From assembly GCF_000195975.1 (NCBI RefSeq), contig NC_005070.1, positions 930,001-962,000 on the forward strand: DNA of 32,000 nt, read 5' to 3'. The position numbers and the translations under genes are program-made. Shown piece after piece: positions 11,501 through 16,536 of the stretch (within the stretch, counting starts at the first letter, position 1; every line of letters starts with the position of its first letter). Source of the stretch: Parasynechococcus marenigrum WH 8102. GTDB taxonomy: Bacteria; Cyanobacteriota; Cyanobacteriia; PCC-6307; Cyanobiaceae. The notes beneath the pieces are model-generated. The model was not told the origin of the DNA and ran no database searches. It was given only the letters and a program-made list of their open reading frames with translations.

Positions 11501-14500
11501 GGCAGGAACGGACCTGAGCTACTTGATATTACTACTGATAATACCCAGAAGCAGTTTGTTCGTTTGTACTCTGCTATTGCTTCTTCACCTATTCTTTCTA
11601 ATACCTTTAATGAAGGTCGTGATCTACTTGTCCAGAGTGTTCTGGATCTTATTAATCCCCCTTCTCCATTACCCAACCGACTTGTTGATAATCTGAACGA
11701 TCTTTTTACTGAGAAGACTAGTTCTTTAGCCTCTTCTTTTGTTCTGCCCTCTGGTATTGCATTGTCTCCTGAAGGTTTAGATAGATTAAACCGAGTTACA
11801 AATTTGGTAGGTACGGGTGGTTCTTCTGACTTGTTAGCAGCCTCTGAATTTTCTACTAATACCCCTCAGCTATTAAATACTCTTAGTGACCAAAATATTA
11901 TCTCTGATACAGGGTCTCTTTTGAATAATTTTGGGCAGCCTGTATTGAGTGACGGTGAACCGCTTATTATCTCTGACTACCAATCATTGGTTAGTTCTTT
12001 TGTTGATACAAATCTCACTACATTTTCCGACGACTTCCTTGAGAATGATTCTATCTCGGGCGAATTAGCGCGTAACATTGTCCTCAATGAGATTTCTGAA
12101 CGAGTTGTTCAGGCTGCTGATTCATCTACGGTACCGGAAGTTATTAGTTCTACTCTAAATAATCTACTTGCTGCTGCCTTGCAGTTAGATCCTGTTGCTG
12201 AGGACGCTAAAACTGAGTCGAATCGTCTTCTTAAGATGGCTCTGAGTGTTGATTCTTTGGTTGAGCAGCGTCCCCTTTATGAAGTAGACGAGGCCACAGG
12301 TCAGCCCAAAACTGTTTTTGACCCGAGATCGAATACTGATGTGTTTGTTGTTAATGAGGAAAATCAGGCCTTTTATAATGCTGCACTTGAGCAGCAAGAT
12401 GTTTTACAGGCAGATTATGTTGGTCTTACCTTAGAGCAGTGGAAGGATATTGATAACCAACCTAATTCTGCTAAAGTTAAAGCTGACCGTATTAACGCTG
12501 TTAAGATAGGAATCTCTTATGCTGATTATCTTAATTTTGCGAACTTAAATCCTCTTGACTCTGAGGTTTGGTCTATTTATCCTTTTGTTGGTTACGTTGA
12601 GGCAGGTACATTTGATTCTGATGACTTCTTAGTTGTTGATAATCTCTTTGTTGACCCACAGGCAGCTCTCAATAATCTTATCTCAAGTGGGATTAACAAA
12701 GGTGTCAGCTTTGATGACTTCTCAAGTCTTCTCTTTAATCAGCCAATTTACACACCAAGTACAGTATCGTCTGATTCTGGTGCTGAGATTACACGTGCAG
12801 ATGCTATTACATATGCCTCTACTGATCCATCCAGTGCTCTTTATATTGCCGCAATGGACTCTAATTTCCAGGAGGGTAATGTTATTAAGGCATATAAGAC
12901 TACCAACCCCAACCCTTACAAATTTACTATTGAGGATTTTGATGACGCTAATTTACTTACCGATGGCCTTCAAGTTAGTTATCTTGTAAACTATACATAT
13001 GGTGATTTAGCTGTCGGTGATTCTGGTTATACCTTTAATGTTGCTTCTGGTTATTCACCAGATCTTGTTGGTCATGACTTAGATGAGTTTAATTTGGCCT
13101 TGAAATATGTTTCCGAATATGACTTATTAAGCTACGGTGCCACTCCTGTTGAGTCAAGTAATGATTTACCTGTTGAACCTGGTCAGCAAGTCTTTACATG
13201 GGAGTCTAACCCAGAAAATATAATTGATAAGTACGGACAGCAAAGTGCGCCACTTTATGATCTAGATGGACGTGTCATTACAAAAGCTGGTTGGTATGAC
13301 TTCACTCTTCGTCCAACAACTGAGACTGAATTTGATCCCGAATTAGAGGAGCAGGTGCCAGTTTGGCGTGACGGTGCTCGCTTTATTTATGCGGATTATT
13401 ATACTGTTGACGTCGGTAACTTCTTAACCGACAATGATCCTGCAAACGACGAACTATTAATACCAGCCAATAGCTGGTATGTACCTTCTCAATCTGACTT
13501 ACTTGAAGAGGAAGAGGGTGTTCTACCGGAAGGTGTCGCTTTTAGGCGTATTGTTGGTTTAGAGCTAAACTTTACAGACAACGCATTCGGAGATAAAGAC
13601 CCAGGCATTGGTCGAGTTGTTGACCCCTTTGGTACTGGTGCAAAGTCTAACTCTTCATCGCTGTTTACTTCTAACTTTACTTCAGACAATCTTTTCAACG
13701 AGGAACCACCTGATCCTAAATTTATTCTTAAAAGAAATGAGAAAAAAGTATTAAAGACTGCGGTAGTTTTAGATGAGACAAAAAAAGCTGTTGATCTCGA
13801 AGCAGTCGTTTTAGACGAGACTCAAAAGGCTGTTGATCTTGATGCTGTTTTGTTAGAGGACGATCAGGTAGCGGTCTCTCGTGATCTTCTTGTCACTGAT
13901 GAATTGTTTACTTCTGATGTTGACATGACAAATCTCCGCCTTGTTGATGAGAATGCTGTGATTCTTGCCCTCAATGAAAAGACTGTCGATATTGATGCGG
14001 TCATACTTGAGGACGATCAGATTGCTATTTCTCGTGATATTTTGGTTACTGACGAGTTATTTACATCTGATGTCGACCTAACTAATCTTCGTCTCGTCGA
14101 TGAAGATGCTGTTGTTCTTGAACCCACTCAGAAGGCAGTTGATATCGACGATGTTGTTTTATTAGACAATCAGATAGCAGTTGATGATGATGCTGTTATC
14201 CTAGATCCAACCGAAAAAGCTGTAGATATTAATGCAATCATTCTTCTGGATGATCAGGTTGCTTTCAATATTGATGATGTTCCTGTCTCTCTTGATGGAT
14301 TAAAACTTGTTCCTGATGATGCTGTTGTTCTGGATCCTAACCAGCAAGCAGTTGATGTCAACACGGAGATTCTTCAGCCTGATCAGAAGGCTGTACCGCT
14401 TGATGCGCCAGAAGTTGCCAATGACGCATCAGGTTCTGGTAAGTACAAGCAACCACCTTCTGATATTAAGCAATCCGGTTCCGGTGTAGATGCTCCTGGT

Positions 14501-15514
14501 ATCAGTGATATTGCGGCACTCAAGTTTGGTGAGGATGCTCCTGGTACTGGTAACGGAGACGGTAATGGCCAGGGGGCTGGAAGTTCAAACAGCTCAGGTT
14601 CAGGTGTTGGTGTATCAATGAATGAACAAGCCACTCAATTCCCTGAGGGAGAGGGTGATGGTGATAGCGACTCTGTAGAACAACGAGGTCAGGGAGCGCC
14701 TGGACAGGGTGATGGTGAAGGCGGAGAAGCAGCACTTGGTGATGACCAAACTCCCACAACACAGCGTAAGCGTGGTCTTATGTTGCAGCCTATTGTTGAA
14801 TCAGAAAGTGTGGATGAAGATGCTAAATCTTCCTCGAACCTTTTGAAAAATTTAAGCGAAGGCTCAATAATGGGTACAAATCTCCTTGACGCACTAACAC
14901 TTGGTGGAGGAATTCTTTACGCTCTTTATGCTCCTCAGGCTGTTAAACCTATCAAACGTACTTTTGGCTCTCTTTTGGGCAGACTAACAGGACGTAGTAC
15001 TTCTATTCCAGAGCGAAAAGTAGCTACTGTGTTTGCTATGAAGCTTCCTGATGGAACACAGCGACTTATTGCTGCCAAAGTTACAACCCAGTCAATTGAT
15101 ATAATTGCTCAGCAGGACATGCCTTCTGGTATGAGTGTTACGCAAGCTGGTAACCAGGAGCAAGTTGATTTTGCCTTTAACCAATTGTTGGATAAAATAA
15201 CGAATGAATCTTTTGATTTGATGCTTGTTGGACCTCGTCTCCGTAATCAAATATCTCTTGTTGCCAAGCTTGCCTCAGATTCCCTTATCCTTGATACTTC
15301 TTCAATTGAGCAGAAACTTAAATCATGTTCTCAAGATGAGGTTAAGTCATTACAACAATGGCTTGATCGTCCCAGCTCCACTCCTCCTGAGTCCAATCCT
15401 GTCAAGGATCTATTGAGTGTACGTCAAAGTGATTATTCGAAGAGTTTAATGACTCAGCAGGCTTCTATGGCCAGTCTTGTAGAGCTGAGTGTTGCATTAT
15501 CTTGGAAGGACTGA
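2..15514 (+). CDS. swmB: Giant repetitive secreted/cell-surface protein, SwmB-like; 5'-partial (frame already open at nt 2, true start upstream of window); stop TGA at 15512-15514
   Basis: One uninterrupted frame of 5,170 codons in AT-rich DNA; the 'M' at nt 53 in the ORF track is an internal TTG. Modular architecture: 127-aa tandem domains (nt 1-2560); many ~100-aa cadherin/Ig-like modules, each ending in (V/I/F)ND(A/D/T/I/L/P)P(V); VCBS-like modules (DG.FTFDP..AYEYLA.GEEQ.I.VNYRVTD); ~100-aa domains of the pattern P.L.SA....I.L.FSE.LD....F.V....V.Y.V...V.L.L...V.V.Y...I.D..GN.L..F, which I associate from memory with the cyanobacterial SwmB repeat family (TIGR02059). These are followed by a ~1,100-aa unique region, 14-aa acidic repeats, a G/S/D linker and a unique C-terminal domain. 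I found only one Cys (..LKSCSQ..) in the visible protein and no RTX GGxGxD nonapeptides. The CDS is near-certain. The swmB family assignment is by eye (~0.6). Confidence 0.9.
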   Translation, partial: NFANLGALFSVKVGSQTLSYGASGAGTFSLGKDGSNNNKLVFTINTEADYLQNDQEIVEIIYNADPSSTTHNLVDSDGNQTTDFTFTAANSFLAPSVSSATTTSSNVVTMVLSENALSNSANLSAITNFANLGALFSVKVGSQTLSYAASGAGTFSLGKDGSNNNKLVFTINTEADYLQNDQEVVQIIYNADPSSTTHNLVDSDGNQTTDFAFTAANSFLAPSVSSATTTSSNVVTMVLSENALSNSANLSAITNFADLGALFSVKVGSQTLTYGASGAGTFSLGKDGSNNNKLVFTINTEADYLQNDQEVVQIIYNADPSSTTHNLVDSDANQTTDFTFTATNSFLAPSVSSATTTSSNVVTMVLSENALSNSANLSAITNFADLGALFSVKVGSQTLSYGASGAGTFSLGKDGSNNNKLVFTINTEADYLQNDQEVVQIIYNADPSSTTHNLVDSDANQTTDFTFTATNSFLAPSVSSATTTSSNVVTMVLSENALSNSANLSAITNFANLGALFSVKVGSQTLSYGASGAGTFSLGKDGSNNNKLVFTINTEADYLQNDQEVVQIIYNADPSSTTHNLVDSDANQTTDFTFTATNSFLAPSVSSATTTSSNVVTMVLSENSLSNSANLSDITNFANLGALFSVKVGSQTLSYGASGAGTFSLGKDGSNNNKLVFTINTEADYLQNDQEVVQIIYNADPSSTTHNLIDSDGNQTTDFTFTAANSFLAPSVQSLTTPTNSSVKLILTENALSNSTNISSITNFASLGGLFTLKIGSQSLSYGTGAGTFSLTKDGSNNNILIFTINTQADYIQNVEESVQLLYNADSSSTTHNLIDSDGNHTSDFNLAASVSFQAAPSGQIVISDILENSTLSLSSTDILSLISDPNNDTLNTSSITSLSIAATSNATVALGSSTLTGPVSDTWTFSPGDFFGEVQLTAVVNDGNSGGALSTTFTSTFNVLPVNDAPVQSSSATLSSVARGQNKDITLSDLLGNITDTETTQLSGTLTSDLSIVGNSVSTNKGTITYDSVNTKWVYNSTSTNSAGDSITDSGSVTLSYVVTDGTNQVSASATFTVDDTNAAPTGYIEFSDILENSILKFTSADILNRISDPNADTLNYASITSLTIVDNSNNSSIPNGSLLRQDDTSNNLSNFTFSPAEFTGVAKISAVVEDGNGGSTTFTTTFNVLSVNDDARFNSSDSVSPTLLSASLSSADSKSISLYFSESLDNSIVIENNTFVVKDSNNATLSYTVTRDTTDYSSNDSVITLVLDSAISDTNNLTVSYSGSSIVDASSANSYAGNALSAFSNQVVSNTRVNSPLIISGSLGLDGKTLTLNSSKALDSTDVISSSTFTVQSSTDGSNWVTVPYSVDGDSSDYINTASSIVLKLDDALMYSHQVRVSYASTTIEDSSQTYDLATFSNFSIQNRSSVFTLESLASTNSVIYEDLGFDGTPTTAQIISLAAEGTVNPDSVVVGNYYTIESVGSTDWTAIGASANAAGTTFKATNTGTGNGTASTNYLILDSEILGKYYDVESSALSLYNVVADNGTFKRNDANTGWFYRPVVNYSGQVVVSFDVFDGTSFTPGSATLDVQSINDIPVRIAGNVSGIIIPEGASTDTSPPTLAHASVNGSSVLLHFSEALDTSTVVNSSMFDIKVGGNEVTYTVNGSTADYSKSNTTLSLTLSSAVSATDVVTIDFPSYTRITSLGTTTNWTNHGAVQTAAGNFVVGREYIINTAGDTSFTGIGATNNNVGTVFIATGAGSGSGNALETNFVATSSITGDGVSVDNVLKDTAFSANKLVAFSGSSISNITGTDTTVPVLTSALLAPDGKSVKLVFSEPLDTSVSLNNSTFNVKMSADGVNYSAHSYSIDATSAAYSDGDSTISLTFATAVDYQALLTLDYQGTNIKDTSGNALATIATASPMSIKNNVRVSLGLSALSYLPGLGDDESINSSTIQTLTYKITALPSSLVGQLQLIDGTPVVLNDTYSIDQLRQLQFESFSGANGTTSFTINIADSAGSSINEVIPIGTSFVNDGPIQTGPAFVFSAVQEDNTLDITKAQLLTGYVDEEGNPMFVNGLSASNGTLSQSGDTWTFTPIEHFVGTVDLMYVINDSNGGGILATNSFQITEVNDAPVRDDGSSFNTLTVLEDGPVSSMNLPSTLSYSTGGEGRSTGETSQSLTYTVTSLPVTGGGASAGTIYKDNGTSVAAGSFVSGTKYYISASGTTDFTQIGAANNNVGTSFTATGAGAGTGEAVAITTVDLSNPSLTLTELKGLKFQPAANIVGTFTLGFTVSDDGPNTNDGNVKTDKNSLTQSVGISILNFNDTPVLPTPSIAFTSNGTEDTAFTFTEADFLAGVTDPDLDSNANPTNPFGDVLSISNLSASNGTLIGPVNGVYTFTPSANFNSDLGGVVTFNYLINDGQGGSIANTITRTIDPGNDSPVATFNTAQFASENGGTLTGQLTATDIELSRGDNAGKTLTYTQTNTVAGFALAVDGSGSFTFDTADTTYRYLALNETLTLTINYQVTDEVLGTNFGSLTAQDLANTKGSFTITLTGSNDDPYAVGGALAALTPGTEDTTSTFTIADLTQGYADYDTSDVLTVQSPTAYKVVDGVTTDEIVGSFTPNLVNNILQSYTYQPSANFTGNLEVKYVVSDSKGPGIAGSSTLVINAVNDTPVPTFAFNQSASEAGAVVTGQLTADDTEITTGEQAATSLTYSLVGDAIAGLTIAADGQFTFDPTNAAYEYLANGEEQVITVNYRVTDPGNLFADKSFTITINGTNDNVVVDLNAIATLAAATEDTAFVVSIDQLLQGFSDVDTSDVLVVQGLTAFKANAAGTALDEVAGTLTRVETNGVLTGYQFTPVANYNGNVALKYTVVDGNGSDIAGSLVLNVNAVNDIPVPSFGINQVTYEADTLVTGQLTADDIEIGTGEQLATSLIYTLSGNAIPGFAIANDGAFTFDPTNPAYEYLAAGEEQVITVNYRVTDAGGLFAEKNFTFTVKGTNDDPVVDLGAIAALAAATEDTPYTVSVDQLLQGFSDVDTSDVLVVQGLTAFKADAAGNALDDGAGTISRVEVNGVLTGYQFTPLDNYNGNVILKYTVADGNGPGRAGSLPLIVNAVNDLPVPTYDTNLVNTEGNELVTGQLTAVDNEIITGEQLPTSLTYTLSGNAIPGLTIAADGAFTFNPQDAAYDYLAFGEEQIINVNYRVTDAGALFAEKTFTITVKGTNDDPVVDVNQTVALAAATEDTEYLITTADLLAGYSDVDTTDVLTVESLVVYKADNAGLPTTELGGSVTPVVVNGVTTGYNLLPADDYFGDVVVTYIVSDGNGPGVPATSTITVNPVVDVPRVGNLGEKGLNLGQTPEDTPTTFTTADLLAGFTDPDGFELTIKPDSVTNAYSTITLEGDTYTFTPNLNFSGSTQIDFTVVDAAGNEVPFSKFIDVIEVNDPPSITLDRDALDSDYKSKTYLIPFEQIFAVVPANPVVELIDPDLSITTQVVGDSLSIEIPAAYTEDVSFMFGDTVVDPNSLFTLDVLRPLQVSDRNVVAGFERFFALSDFGFGDVEGLPLQSVLIQVPDTSLGTIRVGSGNFDTDTENVIQLTPLASSDFNQSNVFEVTREQIETGSVYFVANPSPLNAGKSADLEFIVKDESGDLSTLPGLLRITIQEAPESVQDFIANSTYEPIFDAELGLNRFDSVDTIISSIGITRDEALSVIRSTLPIRTAANSFDASVETPFSYVTQNEVEYRWDIGAFDIFEYDFTSNTQTLVLDFASLTIDSDLYQHFADLYTYSLANDLDNAYLASKLVELIPGSNDRLNKIEDAFSLSNYDDIYSYLTASGRNGPELLDITTDNTQKQFVRLYSAIASSPILSNTFNEGRDLLVQSVLDLINPPSPLPNRLVDNLNDLFTEKTSSLASSFVLPSGIALSPEGLDRLNRVTNLVGTGGSSDLLAASEFSTNTPQLLNTLSDQNIISDTGSLLNNFGQPVLSDGEPLIISDYQSLVSSFVDTNLTTFSDDFLENDSISGELARNIVLNEISERVVQAADSSTVPEVISSTLNNLLAAALQLDPVAEDAKTESNRLLKMALSVDSLVEQRPLYEVDEATGQPKTVFDPRSNTDVFVVNEENQAFYNAALEQQDVLQADYVGLTLEQWKDIDNQPNSAKVKADRINAVKIGISYADYLNFANLNPLDSEVWSIYPFVGYVEAGTFDSDDFLVVDNLFVDPQAALNNLISSGINKGVSFDDFSSLLFNQPIYTPSTVSSDSGAEITRADAITYASTDPSSALYIAAMDSNFQEGNVIKAYKTTNPNPYKFTIEDFDDANLLTDGLQVSYLVNYTYGDLAVGDSGYTFNVASGYSPDLVGHDLDEFNLALKYVSEYDLLSYGATPVESSNDLPVEPGQQVFTWESNPENIIDKYGQQSAPLYDLDGRVITKAGWYDFTLRPTTETEFDPELEEQVPVWRDGARFIYADYYTVDVGNFLTDNDPANDELLIPANSWYVPSQSDLLEEEEGVLPEGVAFRRIVGLELNFTDNAFGDKDPGIGRVVDPFGTGAKSNSSSLFTSNFTSDNLFNEEPPDPKFILKRNEKKVLKTAVVLDETKKAVDLEAVVLDETQKAVDLDAVLLEDDQVAVSRDLLVTDELFTSDVDMTNLRLVDENAVILALNEKTVDIDAVILEDDQIAISRDILVTDELFTSDVDLTNLRLVDEDAVVLEPTQKAVDIDDVVLLDNQIAVDDDAVILDPTEKAVDINAIILLDDQVAFNIDDVPVSLDGLKLVPDDAVVLDPNQQAVDVNTEILQPDQKAVPLDAPEVANDASGSGKYKQPPSDIKQSGSGVDAPGISDIAALKFGEDAPGTGNGDGNGQGAGSSNSSGSGVGVSMNEQATQFPEGEGDGDSDSVEQRGQGAPGQGDGEGGEAALGDDQTPTTQRKRGLMLQPIVESESVDEDAKSSSNLLKNLSEGSIMGTNLLDALTLGGGILYALYAPQAVKPIKRTFGSLLGRLTGRSTSIPERKVATVFAMKLPDGTQRLIAAKVTTQSIDIIAQQDMPSGMSVTQAGNQEQVDFAFNQLLDKITNESFDLMLVGPRLRNQISLVAKLASDSLILDTSSIEQKLKSCSQDEVKSLQQWLDRPSSTPPESNPVKDLLSVRQSDYSKSLMTQQASMASLVELSVALSWKD
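7307..10020 (+). repeat. In-frame super-repeat: 4 tandem units of 223-235 aa, each a VCBS-like domain plus a cadherin-like domain
   Basis: The unit-initiating aa(c/t)ga(c/t) codons of the (G/V)ND(S/T/I/L)PV motif lie at nt 7307, 8012, 8681 and 9350, giving spacings of 705, 669 and 669 nt. Each unit contains ..VTGQLTA.D.EI.TGEQ..TSL.Y.L.G.AI.G..IA.DG.FTFDP...AYEYLA.GEEQVI.VNYRVTD.G.LFA.K.FT.T..GTNDDPVVD... then ..LAAATEDT.....DQLLQGFSDVDTSDVL.VQGLTAFKA.AAG.ALD...G...RVE.NGVLTGYQFTP..NYNGNV.LKYTV.DGNG........L.VNAVND. Units 2-4 are clearly more similar to each other than to unit 1. Confidence 0.9.
13760..14415 (+). repeat. Degenerate 14-aa acidic repeats (A-V-[VIL]-L-[DE]-x-x-[QK]-K-A-V-D-[LI]-[DE]) containing a nested 153-nt (51-aa) tandem duplication
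   Basis: AVVLDETKKAVDLE / AVVLDETQKAVDLD / AVLLEDDQVAVSRD ... AVVLDPNQQAVDVN / TEILQPDQKAVPLD. The 51-aa block AV(L/I)LEDDQ(V/I)A(V/I)SRD(L/I)LVTDELFTSDVD(M/L)TNLRLVDE(N/D)AV..........VDID starts at nt 13844 and again at 13997. Confidence 0.85.
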
Positions 15515-16053
15515 ATTTTAGAATAGCGGCATATATTAGTTTCTTCCTTTATCTTGTATCATCTGCTTTAATTTTAGCTCATTTAGCTTATTTTCTTCTT
15601 TTTCTCTCTTTCGTCGCTAGTTACTTGTTGTTTTATGCCTTTTCAAGGTCTTTTATTTGTTCTGGCCTAATATTTGTTTTATACCGATTCGGCATGTTTT
15701 GTTATTTTAAATCCTAAACTTACCCGCGACGTTCTAATCCTTTGATATCTGTACATTGTATGATAGGCTGATGTTTGTTTTTTTCCTGTGCAACCACAGC
15801 ACTATTAACTATTTTTGAATAATTCTTATGATGTTACGGTCACTATATGGAGACTGCGATAATACCTTTTTAACGTCAAGTGAAGAGGCTTAGTCTTGTT
15901 ACAACTCCCCACAGTAACCATACCAAGTGCTTTGATTTTATTCCCAAAATTATTGATTACCTACTTAGTATTTTAATCTGCCTGACAATACTATATATTT
16001 TTTCTTGATTTGTTCTAGTTCTCATTCGTTCTTCTTGTTTTTGTGTATTATTT

Positions 16054-16536
16054 TCAACAGTGGTCTTTCAGTTCTCTCCTGATCTTTGGCACGGCGTCCG
16101 GCTGTCCTTGCATCAAGAAAGCTTCTCTTTCTATATCAAATTTCTCGCTTTCATAATTTCGATATAGGATTGACTCTATTGCTATTTTTACCGCTTCATC
16201 AACATTTGGCATCCATCCAATTGGCTGTAATGATCCTGTCCTACAGGTTTGCGCTGCATGAACAGCTTCATGTAAAAATGTTGTCCTAAAGATTCTCATT
16301 TGTTGTGTTATAGGTGCAATCCATATAACTTTCTTTTTTGTATTTATCAATCCGTAGGTACCTTGCATCGGCGGTTTCTCAAATTTGATTTTAAATCCAG
16401 CCTCTATCAATGACAATCTAAGTTCATTCAAGTCTTTTACTAGATCTATTTCTTCTGCCCTAGATGGATTTACTGTAGTTAGAGCCAAAAGCGATGCAAT
16501 TATGGCTGTCGAAATGTGTCTGTTAATATTTATCAT
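16054..16536 (-). CDS. Small secreted protein with HExxH motif (putative periplasmic Zn-metallopeptidase-like protein), last gene of the stator-like operon
   Basis: 160 aa. N-terminal signal-peptide-like segment MININRHISTAIIASLLALTTVNPSRA|EE. Motif FLHEAVHAAQ (HExxH followed by Q). ATG start (16534-16536) overlaps the upstream gene's TGA by 4 nt (ATGA). Same low GC as its neighbours. Confidence 0.65.
   Translation of the reverse strand: MININRHISTAIIASLLALTTVNPSRAEEIDLVKDLNELRLSLIEAGFKIKFEKPPMQGTYGLINTKKKVIWIAPITQQMRIFRTTFLHEAVHAAQTCRTGSLQPIGWMPNVDEAVKIAIESILYRNYESEKFDIEREAFLMQGQPDAVPKIRRELKDHC

Noticed and set aside
3411-15416. Numerous 60-140-aa ORFs on both strands inside the giant gene (e.g. 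3427-3729 -, 5140-5559 -, 12633-12989 +, 14383-14634 -)
   Set aside because: All are embedded in the 15.5-kb open frame. They have low-complexity or repeat-derived translations and no independent signals. They are treated as chance frames.
2-15514. RTX toxin/adhesin identity for the giant protein
   Set aside because: I looked for GGxGxD nonapeptide runs and found none. The Gly-rich stretch at ~14,430-14,760 is G/S/D low complexity, not RTX. I kept the call as a non-RTX T1SS-type cargo.
15502-15717. 71-aa very hydrophobic + strand ORF overlapping the giant gene stop (small membrane protein?)
   Set aside because: It has a TTG start inside the giant gene. Its F/L/Y-rich translation is what an extremely T-rich spacer yields by chance. 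It has no RBS or coupling evidence.
15720-15800. Short inverted repeat ctgtg-caac-cacag (~15,787-15,800) as a possible terminator
   Set aside because: It has only a 5-bp stem. The T-run precedes rather than follows it on the + strand, and on the minus strand it is followed by A's. It is not convincing as an intrinsic terminator for either converging unit.
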